Shown here: piece after piece, positions 1 through 12,244 of the stretch
Numbering within the stretch: the stretch's first letter is position 1
Layout: every line of letters begins with the position of its first letter
Assembly (NCBI RefSeq): GCF_009914755.1
Contig: NC_060925.1
DNA: 64,000 bases
Strand: one strand, 5' to 3'
Origin: the human T2T-CHM13v2.0 reference genome, Homo sapiens
Made by a program: the position numbers and the translations under genes
Notes under the pieces: model-generated
Database searches by the model: none
What the model was told of the DNA's origin: nothing
What the model saw: the letters and a program-made list of their open reading frames with translations, nothing else

Positions 1-925
1 TTACCAAGATCTTTCTTCCTCTTCTCTTTTATACTCTGGGCTGGAGCCAAATGGAGCTGCTTCAAATCCTGAACTGGCCTTTCTCTCTACTGTTTCCTGG
101 CCTATGTATAGACTGTTCCCTCCGCCTGGGGTTCTCTTGTGTGTCTTCCTCCTTCCACGTACCCTCCCGCCTTGCTCTCTCTACTATTTGGCTACCTCCC
201 CCTAGCTAACTCCTATTCAACCTTCAAGTCTATACAAGGATTCTGCAGGGAACCCTTTCCTCATGCCTCAGGTCTGATGCAGCCCACACAGCCCTCTGCT
301 CTGTGCTTACTTCAGCCTAGCATGTATCTTGCTTATGGAACCTGATTGCTCATCCATAACCCTTTCTAGAATGTAACTTCCTTAAGAATAGAACTCTGCC
401 TTATTCTCAGTTGCAATCCTAGCACCTAGCACAGAGCCAGACAAATAGTAGATAGTAAATTTTTACTGAATGAATGAATACACAAATATAAAGAAAATGT
501 ATATTTGATATTATGGAAATAAAACATAGGTATGAAGAGAAATATTTTACCTAAAATACATATATTTTAGGGTAAGTAGACATTATTTTTGTGTGTTACA
601 TTATTCATATCACTGTTATCCTACATTAAGAAATACAGGTATATTACTTTAGATATCATTTGAAGAAAACATAGACTCCATGTAGGAAGGCTTGGTATGT
701 GGAAGATATGAAGTGTGATTTTTTTTCTCCCATGGGAATCAATACAATTATTGATGTTAATAACAACAAGAACAACCATTAATAATATGTTCAATACATA
801 TGTAGTATTTTTGGTTGGAAAAATGGAAACCAAAGGTCTCCTGTTTATTGAAATTATAATTTTCTTCTAGAGTTTCTACACAGGACTAGGCATCAGAAAA
901 CATATGTTCCAAAAGTGTGTCAAGG

Positions 926-939
926 GTCACCATGGAAAC
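926..939. promoter_or_regulatory. RFX X-box GTCACCATGGAAAC (candidate distal promoter/enhancer)
   Basis: Matches the X-box consensus GTNRCC-AT-GGNAAC in unique sequence. Followed by two GTGAGT donors (995, 1163). Confidence 0.55.
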
Positions 940-1869
940 CACAGGGCACAACATTTGTGTCCCAGGCTTCTGGAACACTAAGGACCGAAAGAACGTGAGT
1001 GAGAGCAGGGGAATTTAGGAATCCATTGAGGATGCCTGAATGGGGTTGTTGGCCCTGATCACACTCTAGAGACAGGCATATCATCACAGGCAATCAGAAA
1101 TGAAGAAGGACATTAACTTGTACCCTGTGGAATTGTCTTCAGTTGATAAAAAGGACTTCTCTGTGAGTGTATATTTTAATTATGCTGTTAGCTAGGAGTC
1201 AATTAAATTACAATACCTAGATCCAAATAGTCGTATTCATTTGAGACTTGTGAAAATTAGATTTTGGAAACAAGTTAGTAGTTCTTAATCTATGCTTAAT
1301 ATTAATAATATTTGTATTTATTAATATAAATGCTAGGCTGTATTTGTACAGCATCACATTTGTACACAGTGTCTAGCATCTCAGCATGACACTCTCATTT
1401 AATTTTACTGTTATTCTTGTGAGTTAGAAATTATTATAATTTCTATTTAATATCAGAAGAAACAGAGTCCAAAATAATGCATACAGTTGGTGGGAGAGAG
1501 ATACCTGAAAACCAGGCTTCTGATTACAAATCCAGCATTTTTTCCACTACTCCAGGCTACAAAGTAACTGATTTATGAATCCAGATGATTCACATGAGTT
1601 CATCTCCTCACATTTTAATTACTCATTTATTTATACATTCTCCAAATACATACTGAGCATGTATTTTGTGTGTTTCCTCATTTATAAAATGGAAATAATA
1701 ATATACCTACCTGATAGGCAACCAATGTAAGAACTGAGATGTAAATTGCTGTGCTTGGTTTTAAATGAAACCGAACTATTAACTACTATTATTTTCCTGC
1801 TAGAAATATGTAGAGTAGAAACATTATTAAATGTGCACATGGAAGTGAACATTCAAAACTTTAGATTAC

Positions 1870-2206
<337 letters not shown>

Positions 2207-2326
2207 TCACTAATATTTCTCAGCATGGCTATGGTGGTGATGGCTGGAGAAGAGTGGTGTGGGGAATATTATCTATTTTTGTAGTAAAAATGTTCACTTA
2301 TTTTTTCTGTAAAAAGAGTATGAATG

Positions 2327-2627
2327 GCGTGGGTGCGGTGGCTCCCACCTGCAATCTCAGCACTTTGGGAGGTCGAGGCAGGAGAAACTGGCTCTAGCCC
2401 AGAACCTCAAGACCAGCCTGGGCATCATAGTGGGACCCTGTCTCTACAAAAAATTAAACAATTAGCCAAATGCAGTGGCTCATGTCTGTAGTCTCAGCTA
2501 CTCTGGAGCCTGAGATGGGGGAATCATTCAAGCTTAGGAGGTTGAGGTTGCAGTGACCTGTGATAGTGTCACTACACTCCAGCTTGGGTGACACAGCGAG
2601 ACTCTGTCTCAAAAAAAAAAAAAAAAA
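2327..2627 (+). mobile_element. Alu (J-like)
   Basis: Diverged dimeric Alu with poly(A). Confidence 0.9.
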
Positions 2628-3980
2628 GTAGTAATGACAAATAAATATAGATGGATAAATTCTGTAAAATTTAAAAAATGTATTGAGTTGTTAACTTGTT
2701 TGTTAAGTATAGCAAACTGGACAATAAATTGACTACTCTGAAGTATATTGACCTCATGGAACTTTCTTTTACCTTCTAAAACTGCACCATTCTTTATTGA
2801 CTGCATTAGTCAAGAAGGAGATGAATATTGAATTGACTTGTTTTACTTAATGTTCACTATACCAGTATTTCTTAAACTGTATTTTGTAGAATGCTGGTAT
2901 ACCATTCCATTAATAAATCACAGGGTTAGAAACAATTGAAATTTTTATAGAAGCCACACAAAAACAATAGCAATGGCAGATAATGCAACATCTTATATTG
3001 TTTCATTCGGAGATTATTTCAATATTTCCTCTAAATATCTTGAAGAAAATAGTTCTAGATATTATGCATACATTATTATTGACACTTTATGGCTAATGTG
3101 TAATAATCTATAAGTTAAACAATGTAATTTAAGCTCACTAGGGAAAAATTAAGAAAAGGTTGTTGATACTACAGCAAATAATGAATACTGGTCTTATTTC
3201 CACCAGCTATGTGAGTTTGGGAAATCAGTTACCTCCTTCTCTTTTTTTCTCTTTTATTTTGCCATATAACCTTTTATAAAGGAACTATTGTGTAGAAGCC
3301 TTGAGTGCTCATCCACTGCCTTCCACTCCTACCCCCATATTGGGCCTGTGCTAAATCCCTTGAGTTTGATGGAGTCTGTTTGAAAACTGGAACTAGCTGA
3401 TCTCCCAGGTCCCTTCTGGTTTTTACTTCTTTGATTCTGGTTTGGAATTCTTAAACAGGCATTGGTGATTTGTCTGATACAGAATGTGGCTGGGTTAGGC
3501 TAAGGTCTTATCATTTGCGGGCAGACTTCTGGAACAGAACCGTTTATGAGTCATGCTATCTATTTTTGGTATTCTGGTTCTACTGTAATAACTTTTTTAT
3601 TACATGTATTTTACTAAAAGCTGCTTAAAATTATTTTTGGGATCAAAAATTGTCAAAATATGTATATGAATAAATAATTCAAATTACCTTGAATTTCAAA
3701 TTACTCAGTGGCACAGGTTTTTACTACGTTTCATACTTAATCTGAAAATTAATTTACAGAAAGAATTCAAAGTATGTATTCTATATTTTCTTTACGTTCT
3801 TTGGTAACTTTGTATCACTACTGAACAAACAACTAAAAGAGTATGTTCTAATGATACATTCTAATAAGAAATGATGATAATTTTAAAATAATACAATATG
3901 TAAACCACACAGCTGTCAGGCCTTTGACAATCTTGAGCTCATTTTTCCTTGCCCTCTTCCAGCAAGAAAGAATATTTTCC

Positions 3981-4503
<523 letters not shown>

Positions 4504-4890
4504 TCACTAGTCTGCATCCAGTTCTGGGACCCACTTAGTAAGCAATTGGACAAATGGGCAGAGACTGGACTGGAAAGTGAGGGGCTTGAAGCCATGTAAT
4601 ATAAGACAATGTAGAAGAAAATGGAGATATTTATCTGGGGAAGACTAAGGAGAAATGGAAGGTGTTCAAGGAAACTGCCTTTGCATTTTTGAAGAGCTGT
4701 CATGAGTAAGGGTGATCATAGGTCCTGCAGCCTCCAGGCAGAATTAGAACTAGTGGCTTTTGACATAATTTAGAGCTGCCTCCAGCAGTGAGTTTTCTAG
4801 AACTGCAGGTGCACAAGCACGGGTTGCAGGGTAGTTGAAGCAGTTTTCAAGCAATGGTTGAGGAGTTAGATTTAAATTTTGTCATTTTCA

Positions 4891-5188
<298 letters not shown>

Positions 5189-5624
5189 GGCGTTGTTTTC
5201 AAACTCGACACTTTTTACACTTACCTGCTGAATTTCTGTGTGTAATATTACCTTCCTTTTGTGCAGTTGAGCGATATGTAAACTCTCTTAGTATTTCCTT
5301 TATATGTGAAACGCCTTTATTGTTTCTTAAAAGTCCATTCCTTAAGTTTATATCAAGTTTCGTGGTTGGAAAATTTTCTTCCATTATCTTCCCTTGTAGA
5401 CTGTAAAAGTATGCCTTTATTATGAAACTACAACCAACAGGAACTTTGACCTCAGGATAACTGAGAGAATAAAGTGTTTTTATGATCTCATTAGAACCTT
5501 GGTATGTATTATACGTGTGCTGTGTGTGCATTATCTAGTTCATATTTTTCTTGTAGAATTTTCTATACCATTTAGAATGGCTTAGAGAGATTTGATTATA
5601 CTGACACTTCCTTCCATGCAATTT

Positions 5625-6372
5625 TGTTGTTGTTTGTTTGAGACAGGGTCTCACTCTGTCACCCAGAGACACTGCACTGCTGGAGTGCAGTGGCATAATC
5701 ACGTAATCACAGCTCACTGAAACCTCTGCCTCCCGGTTCAAGCCATTCTCCCGCCTCGGCCTCATGAGTAGCTGGGATTGCAGGTGCCCGCCACCACATC
5801 TGGCTAATTTTTTTTTGAGACGGGGTCTTTCTCTGTCGCCCAGGCTGGAGTGCCGTGGCACTATCTCGGCTCACTGCAACCTCCCGAGTAGCTGGGATTA
5901 CAGGCGTGTGCCACCACACCCGGCTAAGTTTTGTATTTTTTTTTTTTTGAAACATAGTTTTGCTCTTGTCACCCAGGCTGTAGCACAATGATGCGATCTT
6001 GGCTCACTGCAACCTCCGCCTCCCAGGTTCAAGCCATTCTTCTGCCTCAGCCTCCCTAGTAGCTGGGATTACAGGTGTGTGCCACCATTCCTGGCTAATT
6101 TTTTTGTATTATTAGTAGAGTTGGGGGTTTCACCATGTTGGCCAGGCTGGTCTCGAACTCCTGCCCTCAGGTGATCCACCTGCCTCGGCCTCCCCAAGTG
6201 CTGGGATTACAGGCATGAGCCACCGCGCCCAGACAAGTTTTGTATTTTTTTAAGTAGAGGCAAGGTTTCGCCATGTTGGCCAGGATGGTCTTGAACTCCT
6301 GACCTCAGGTGATCCGCAGGCCTTGGCCTCCCAAAGTGCTGTAATTACAGGTGTGAGCCACCATGACCAGCC
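5625..6372 (-). mobile_element. Composite/nested Alu cluster
   Basis: Several right arms and two left arms in tandem. One full Alu (~5935-6232) is nested in the linker of another (AAGTTTTGTATTTTTT repeated on both sides). Confidence 0.9.
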
Positions 6373-6891
6373 CCATGCAATATTTTAAAAAACATTAATT
6401 ACTTACAGAGTTTTATTATCTTTGTAAAAATGCTAAGGAAAAATAAACATTTTCATTTGAATTTAAGGACTTGTATTTGTTAGGTCATAATTCATTCCTC
6501 ATGATCACAATTTTAAGCAGGAGAGTTATATAAAAGATTTTTGTAAATTCATTTTGGAAAATAACAAGAAGGTGTTCAACTATATCTGGCTTCTCTGAAA
6601 GTGTAGATTGGAGTTCATTAGACTATTTACTTTGTGCAATTAAAAGTTTATGAACTGAATGAGAACTCTGACTTCTATTTCTAACGCACTTTTTAATGAA
6701 AAATTGTTGGGGAATTTGAATTTAGATTATGCAAGAATTTTAAATCAGCATCTTCGGAAATACAACAACATCTTTGGATTTATTTAGCCTTTTAAACAAA
6801 GTGGGCAAGTTTATCGAGAGATTCATATACTTTGTTTTTCCCTATCTTTCATATAAGAAATACTAGATTTTTTTTCAATAAAATAATTTGA

Positions 6892-7200
6892 GGCCTGGCG
6901 CGGTGGCTCAGCCTGTAATCCCAGCGCTGTGGCAGGCCAAGGCAGGGCGGATTGCTTGTGCTCAGGAACTGGAGACGAGCCTGGCCAACATGGCAAAACC
7001 CGGTCTCTACAAAAAATACAAAAATTAGCCGGGTGTGGTGGCGCACGCCTGTAGATCCAACTATTTGGGAGAATGAGGCACGAGAATCGCTTGTACTCGG
7101 GAGGTGGAGATTGCAGTGAGCAGAGATTGAGCCACCGCACTCCGGCCTGGGTGACAGAGCGAGACCCTGTCTAAAACAAAACACACATTAAAAAAAAAAA
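6892..7200 (+). mobile_element. Alu, CpG-retaining, at the edge of the CpG island
   Basis: Dimeric Alu with many intact CpGs. Confidence 0.93.
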
Positions 7201-7736
7201 AACCACAAACAAAACCTGCAATTGGCCCTCGAAGGGCTGGTTCCCTCAGTCAGCTCTGCACGGGTGCGCCCCCTTTCTCCCTAGAGGTCAACAAGCGACT
7301 GCGAAGGAAAACGCCGCCACAAGTTTCTTGCTGTTTCTGGAGAGACCTCTCAGAGCGCATGCTCTTCGGATAGTCGGTCTGTAGCGCCATTTTCGTATGG
7401 AAGGGACTGCACTCTGATTAGGTACAGCCTTAGGACGCCCAGCGTTCAAGTTGTTCAAACAGTACGTAGAGCCTCGCAGAGACAAGTCAATGGCCTCTTT
7501 TAGCGGGACTCCTGCCTGGAGCGCTTCAGCTGAGACTATGTAAAGAAATTCCTTTGTGTTAACCTTCCTCCTTGGACCAGTGGACTCTCCTCTTTCTCCT
7601 GTTCCCTCCGCGCCCGCCCAGGCTGGCTCAGCGGTCTCGCCCCGCCCCTCCGGGACCGGAGCACTGTAAAGATTAGGCATCTGTGATGCTTTTGCGCTCA
7701 CATTGGCGGCCCAGATGAGAGGGCGTGGAGAACCAG

Positions 7737-7788
7737 ATGGGAAACTTTTTGTCCCGTGAGAACAAAGTACAAGTTATATCAGAGTCTG
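7737..7788 (+). CDS. CDC14A: Candidate alternative first coding exon of CDC14A: MGNFLSRENKVQVISES(D), in frame with exon 2
   Basis: ATG at 7737 (+4 G) with an in-frame upstream stop at 7716-7718, 17 open codons + G, then donor CTG|gtatgt at 7789. Phase 1 matches the exon 2 acceptor and regenerates GAT (Asp) exactly like canonical exon 1. Confidence 0.7.
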
Positions 7789-7951
7789 GTATGTGTAGAG
7801 GAAACCAATACATGTACTGTGAGCTAGGAGCTGGTGCTTCTTTTTCAATTGTATTTTTTATAAAGATGCAGACCCCCTCAGTGTTGGGCGTGGGGGGTGG
7901 CTGAAATGTTAGCTAGAGGCGAGGCAGGGCACGGAGATCTGAGGTTTTTAC

Positions 7952-7954
<3 letters not shown>

Positions 7955-7990
<36 letters not shown>

Positions 7991-7994
7991 CGCG
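7955..7994. repeat. (TG)14(CG)6 alternating purine-pyrimidine microsatellite
   Basis: Read directly. Confidence 0.95.
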
Positions 7995-8574
7995 CCCTAC
8001 AAGAGTTTAGAAGAGCATGGGTGAGTGGGCGAGAAAGAAAGAGAATGAGAGAGAGAGAGAAAAGAAATCTGGAGTGGGACAAGACTTAGAGGGTGCAGAA
8101 AAGAAAGGGGGCGCCAGCACATCCTAGCCTCCGAGGCCGCGACAGCGCCTTTGGCGATGTCCACTCTCAACCCCGCCGTTTCATTCATAAGTTTCTGGCC
8201 TACAGGCCCCGCCCGCTCCCCTGGGCCGAGGGCCCCGTTTCCTGAACAGCAATTGGTGGACGGCAACAAAGCCTTAGCAACCGGCTCCTAGTGACCCGCG
8301 GGGCGCCTGGTAACTGGGGCTGCTGCGGAGAAAGGAGCGGGGCTGTCCCTTTAAGGGATGGCCGCGGAGTCGTGAAAGTGGAGGGGGCTGAGGGAGGGCG
8401 GGGAGGAAGGTCTGGGGGCGGACCCAGGGGGAGGAGGAGGAGGAAGAGTAACTGCTGAAAGGAGGTGGCGAAGGAGGATCCGGAGCAGCTGCTGCCAGCC
8501 CGCGGGCACTGAAGTCCTCCCGGCTGCCGCTCGAGTAGCCACGGGCGCGATCGGGACCAGAAGTCTCCTCCTCC

Positions 8575-8931
8575 ATGATCACTTTGGAAGCCGGGGGAAC
8601 ACTTTGCCCTGCCCTGAGAGCTGGTCTGCGTTTCCCAGGCGCGGCGGCGGCGGAGCAGCAGCTGCAGCAGCCGAGTCCAAATAGGAGCGGCCACAGCCAG
8701 GGGCGTGTGCGCCCCGCGCGGAGCGAGCTCGGGTTCCCCTCGGAATGTCCCCGGGGCGCCCGGCGCGCTGACCCCGAAGCCGCCTCCGCCTTCGGCGCCT
8801 GCTGCCTCCCTCGGCCAGGCTTGTTGTTCGGGACTGTGAGCTTCCTGGCTCCTGGGCAGTGGGGAAGCCCCCGGGGGCGAGTGACCTCAGCTGGCCACGA
8901 CCCAGCCCTCCCCCGTGCGTATCTCGCTTAA
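8575..8931 (+). other. Long uORF (118 codons) in the canonical 5' leader, ending TAA one base before the main ATG
   Basis: ATG 8575, TAA 8929-8931, then g-ATG 8933. Relevance depends on the TSS lying upstream of 8575. Confidence 0.5.
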
Positions 8932-8932
8932 G

Positions 8933-8981
8933 ATGGCAGCGGAGTCAGGGGAACTAATCGGGGCTTGTGAGTTCATGAAAG
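8933..8981 (+). CDS. CDC14A: CDC14A canonical coding exon 1 (MAAESGELIGACEFMK + first base of D)
   Basis: aagATGG start at 8933. Translation matches the N-terminus of CDC14A as I recall it. Donor AAG|gtgagg at 8982. 49 nt, phase 1. Confidence 0.97.
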
Positions 8982-9726
8982 GTGAGGAGCAGCCGCCCCG
9001 CATCTTCCAACGCTTTCTTGCCCCCAACTCTTCACTTCCCGCGCCACTGTCCCCACCTTCTCCTGAGGCTGCCAGTGTCCTGCAGCCGCTGCGCGCGCTC
9101 TCGTCCCCTCTAGGGACTCTCCTTTCTCCGAGGACCCCCTGCTTCCGGCTTCTCTTTCTTGTGTCCCTTGCTCCCTCTGCAGCTCCCTCGGATGGCCTCT
9201 CGGCCTCGTAATGGGACAGCACCGGCTTCTGCCCGTACTCCGGCACTCAGCAGCTCATGGGGAGCCTGCTCCGGATGCTCACCGGTCACCTTTACTCCAC
9301 CATCGCAGGCTTCGGTTTTCGGGACACCCCCAACCACACCCCCCAAGTCTCTCTCCCTTCCTCTTTTTCAAATCTCCGAAGCTGCGTCGGGAGGCTCACC
9401 TCTTTCTTCCCCTTCTCGCAGCTGCTGAGGTCTGGAGATTTGGGAACCAAACTTGCACCTCCAGTTCTGCGGGTACCCCCAGCTCCTGCCTACTCTGCTG
9501 GCCTGAAACAAGGGAAATGTGGGTGCTCTGAGCCCCGCTGAGTTCCTCGGTCAGGTCCTCCTCTTGCCTAACTGTTGTGCTCTTGAGTCTCTAGCTTTCT
9601 GGGAGGGATGAGGTTTCTGCAAGAATTCCACGTGTTAATGGGGTCTTTAAATTGTGATCCTTCGTATGTTACCACCCACCTTCACTTCCACTTCTCTACT
9701 TCTCATATGTTTTTTCTGTCTTTTAA

Positions 9727-9831
<105 letters not shown>

Positions 9832-12244
9832 TAAGTTTATGTTTTGTTTTTTTTTCTCTTGGCCATTCAGCTTGTTCTTTGACGAGGAAACACTATGCAC
9901 TTTTATGGCAGTTTTATTCATTTCCCCCCCAATGATACGAGTAACAATATCAATTTTTTAAGACTCAGGTGCCTGGGGAGAAGTTCAGAGAAAATTGACA
10001 GAATTTGAACCTTTCAACACTTCAGTTCTTTTAGACATCTATCTGTTTTAGTTCTTCCTACCACCACAACAAACAGCAACTGGAGATTCCTAACATTCCC
10101 CAGAGTAGGACCAGGGAGACACACTGTCATTGCCAGACTCAGTAATTGGCCTGTGAATCAGTCACTAAGTATTTATGGAGTGGCCATAGGGTACAGGGCA
10201 GTGCATGTATTACAGGTGCTTGAGCTTTATAGTTTACAAGACTTCTGTTCTATCTCAGGATGTTTTTGTTTGTGCAGCTCTTTTTCAGAAAGTGGGACAC
10301 ATTAACTGCGGGGAGCTGTATCAGAGTCACATTTATGACTAACATTTTATCTGACATATTATTGATTCTTTTATTTGGGTACCCCAAACTTTTTGATATT
10401 ATTTTCTTTGCTTCTAAGGAAATGATATAGCAGTGCTGATTTATTTTCTTTGATTACTTTGCTTCTGTGGGATTAGGATTTGAGAGTGTAAAATAAAAGT
10501 AGGGAACTGTTTTCTGTGAAAGACCACTGATCTACAGGAAAAAGATATCTTAATACTTCAGGCATAGTAAAACATTAATTGAAGAGAGATAAATCTTTAT
10601 TCAGTAAAAGTATCAGATAATAAGAAATAAGAAGGCTGAATTGACTTGGTTATGTACTTTTATGAAAAGAGCTGGTGTTTCAGAGGAGTCTAATATATTC
10701 TATTTTAAACGTTTAAATTACTTGTTATCTTTACCAAATGTGCAGATAAATGAACATAGTTAAATTAATCATAATTAGCTTCCTTGGACTTGTCTTGTTA
10801 GAAAGGTTATTGGCAGTTCTGCCTAAGGATTTGTGGGTACTACCAGGTCTTCGAAGAGTAAGTGTTCTGGACCTTCAAGAGCATATCTTTTATTTGGGGG
10901 AAAACAATCTTTGTCACTTCATCATAGAGGTTCTTGAAACTGAGGTCTGCGACATTTCTCTTAGTGGTGCTGGGAGGAGAATGCTTCTTGAATGGCTAAA
11001 GTAAGAGTGGGAATGAAAGAGCCCTTTGCTGCTGCTCATGAATGCCCAGAGTTGCTGAGGCAAAGAGGTCTGAGTCCCTGGTGTCAGATTACAGCTCTGC
11101 TTCTAGACAGGATGGAGTTATGTGCGGCTGTGTACCTGGATGATGTCACTGCCAGCAGTGTTTATTGAGTGTTCACTCTGTTGTTGGGAATGTGCATTGT
11201 TGTGCCTCTGTTTTTGTGATTTTAGGTTTTGGGGGTCTCTCATGAGTCTGAGAGTGGGGATGGTGTATATATCATTATGTTCAATTCTACAGTACAGTGG
11301 TTGTTAATATGTCATTGAATGAGCTCTAGCCATGGAGATCTGAGTCACTTCTCTTGGGATTGCTAGGTGGTAGATCTAGCAGAAAATTAAGCCAAACTAA
11401 ACACTGTGCATGATGGCTTTTTGATTTTAATATTGATAGATGAGGGAAATTTTTAATGTGATTTTCATGTTGGTATTTTGGGATAGGCCTACAAATCATA
11501 TTCCTCTTATAGTCTACTGTTTTTCTGGTATCTTATAAGGAAAGACTTGCTGGAGAAACCATCCAATTTATATTGTGAGTTGGGATTGACATTTGAAATA
11601 CGATGAGGACTTCAGCCTGGGCAGAGTGTGTACTTTTCTTAGTTTGAACTTACCCTACTGTGCCACAGTAATGGCTGTGGCTCTGACACCTCCAACTCCA
11701 TCTTTTTTGTTACCCCAACATATTACATGGTGCTAGGTGATGCAGAGAATAAAACAATGTTGAATGCATATGTTACCTTCAAAGAGCTCCAAGCCTGTAG
11801 GGAAAATAACAGAACTGCAGTTTGAGGTATAGGAAAGATACCTGCCCAAAGAGAAATACAACCTCTATGCTAGGAGAGGCATTCACAGGCAGGTAGGGGC
11901 ACATCTGGTGGAAGGGTTCAGCAAAGGCTTCGTGGAAGAGTTAAGATTGGCTTGAAGGATGGACAAGGTCTTATCAGGCAGAGACATGAGAGGAGGGATC
12001 TTGGAAAACAGCAAGTGTGAGGAGGGGAGAGGCTTGGGACGTGTGTTCAGGGAACAGTAAGTCCTCCAGTTTGCCTGGTGTGTATTCAGGGAACATGTAG
12101 GGGATGGAGAATGTGAAATTGAGATGTTGGCTGGGGACAGAATGAATGTCAGGGTGAGAAACCTGCAGTTTCTTTGGTACACCATGGGACTCTTGAGGGA
12201 TTTGGGGCAGCCATGGTATGACTTGATTTGTGCTAATTACAAAC

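Larger units (their letters stand above)
7250..9450. promoter_or_regulatory. CpG island / CDC14A promoter region
   Basis: GC- and CpG-dense non-repeat sequence against an AT-rich, CpG-poor background. GC boxes (~7612, ~7640, ~8396), YY1-like CGCCATTTT (7385-7393) and NRF1-like GCGCATGC (~7354). Boundaries approximate. Confidence 0.9.

Noticed and set aside
8346-8685. CArG-like CCTTTAAGG and CCAAATAGG
   Set aside because: Only five A/T bases between CC and GG, so not a CArG box.
7288-8694. Long minus-strand ORFs (137 and 164 aa) in the CpG island
   Set aside because: Expected from stop-codon scarcity in GC-rich DNA. No recognisable domains.
8915-9211. 98-aa ORF containing the CDC14A start
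   Set aside because: Only 8933-8981 is exonic. The rest is read-through into intron 1 past a canonical donor.
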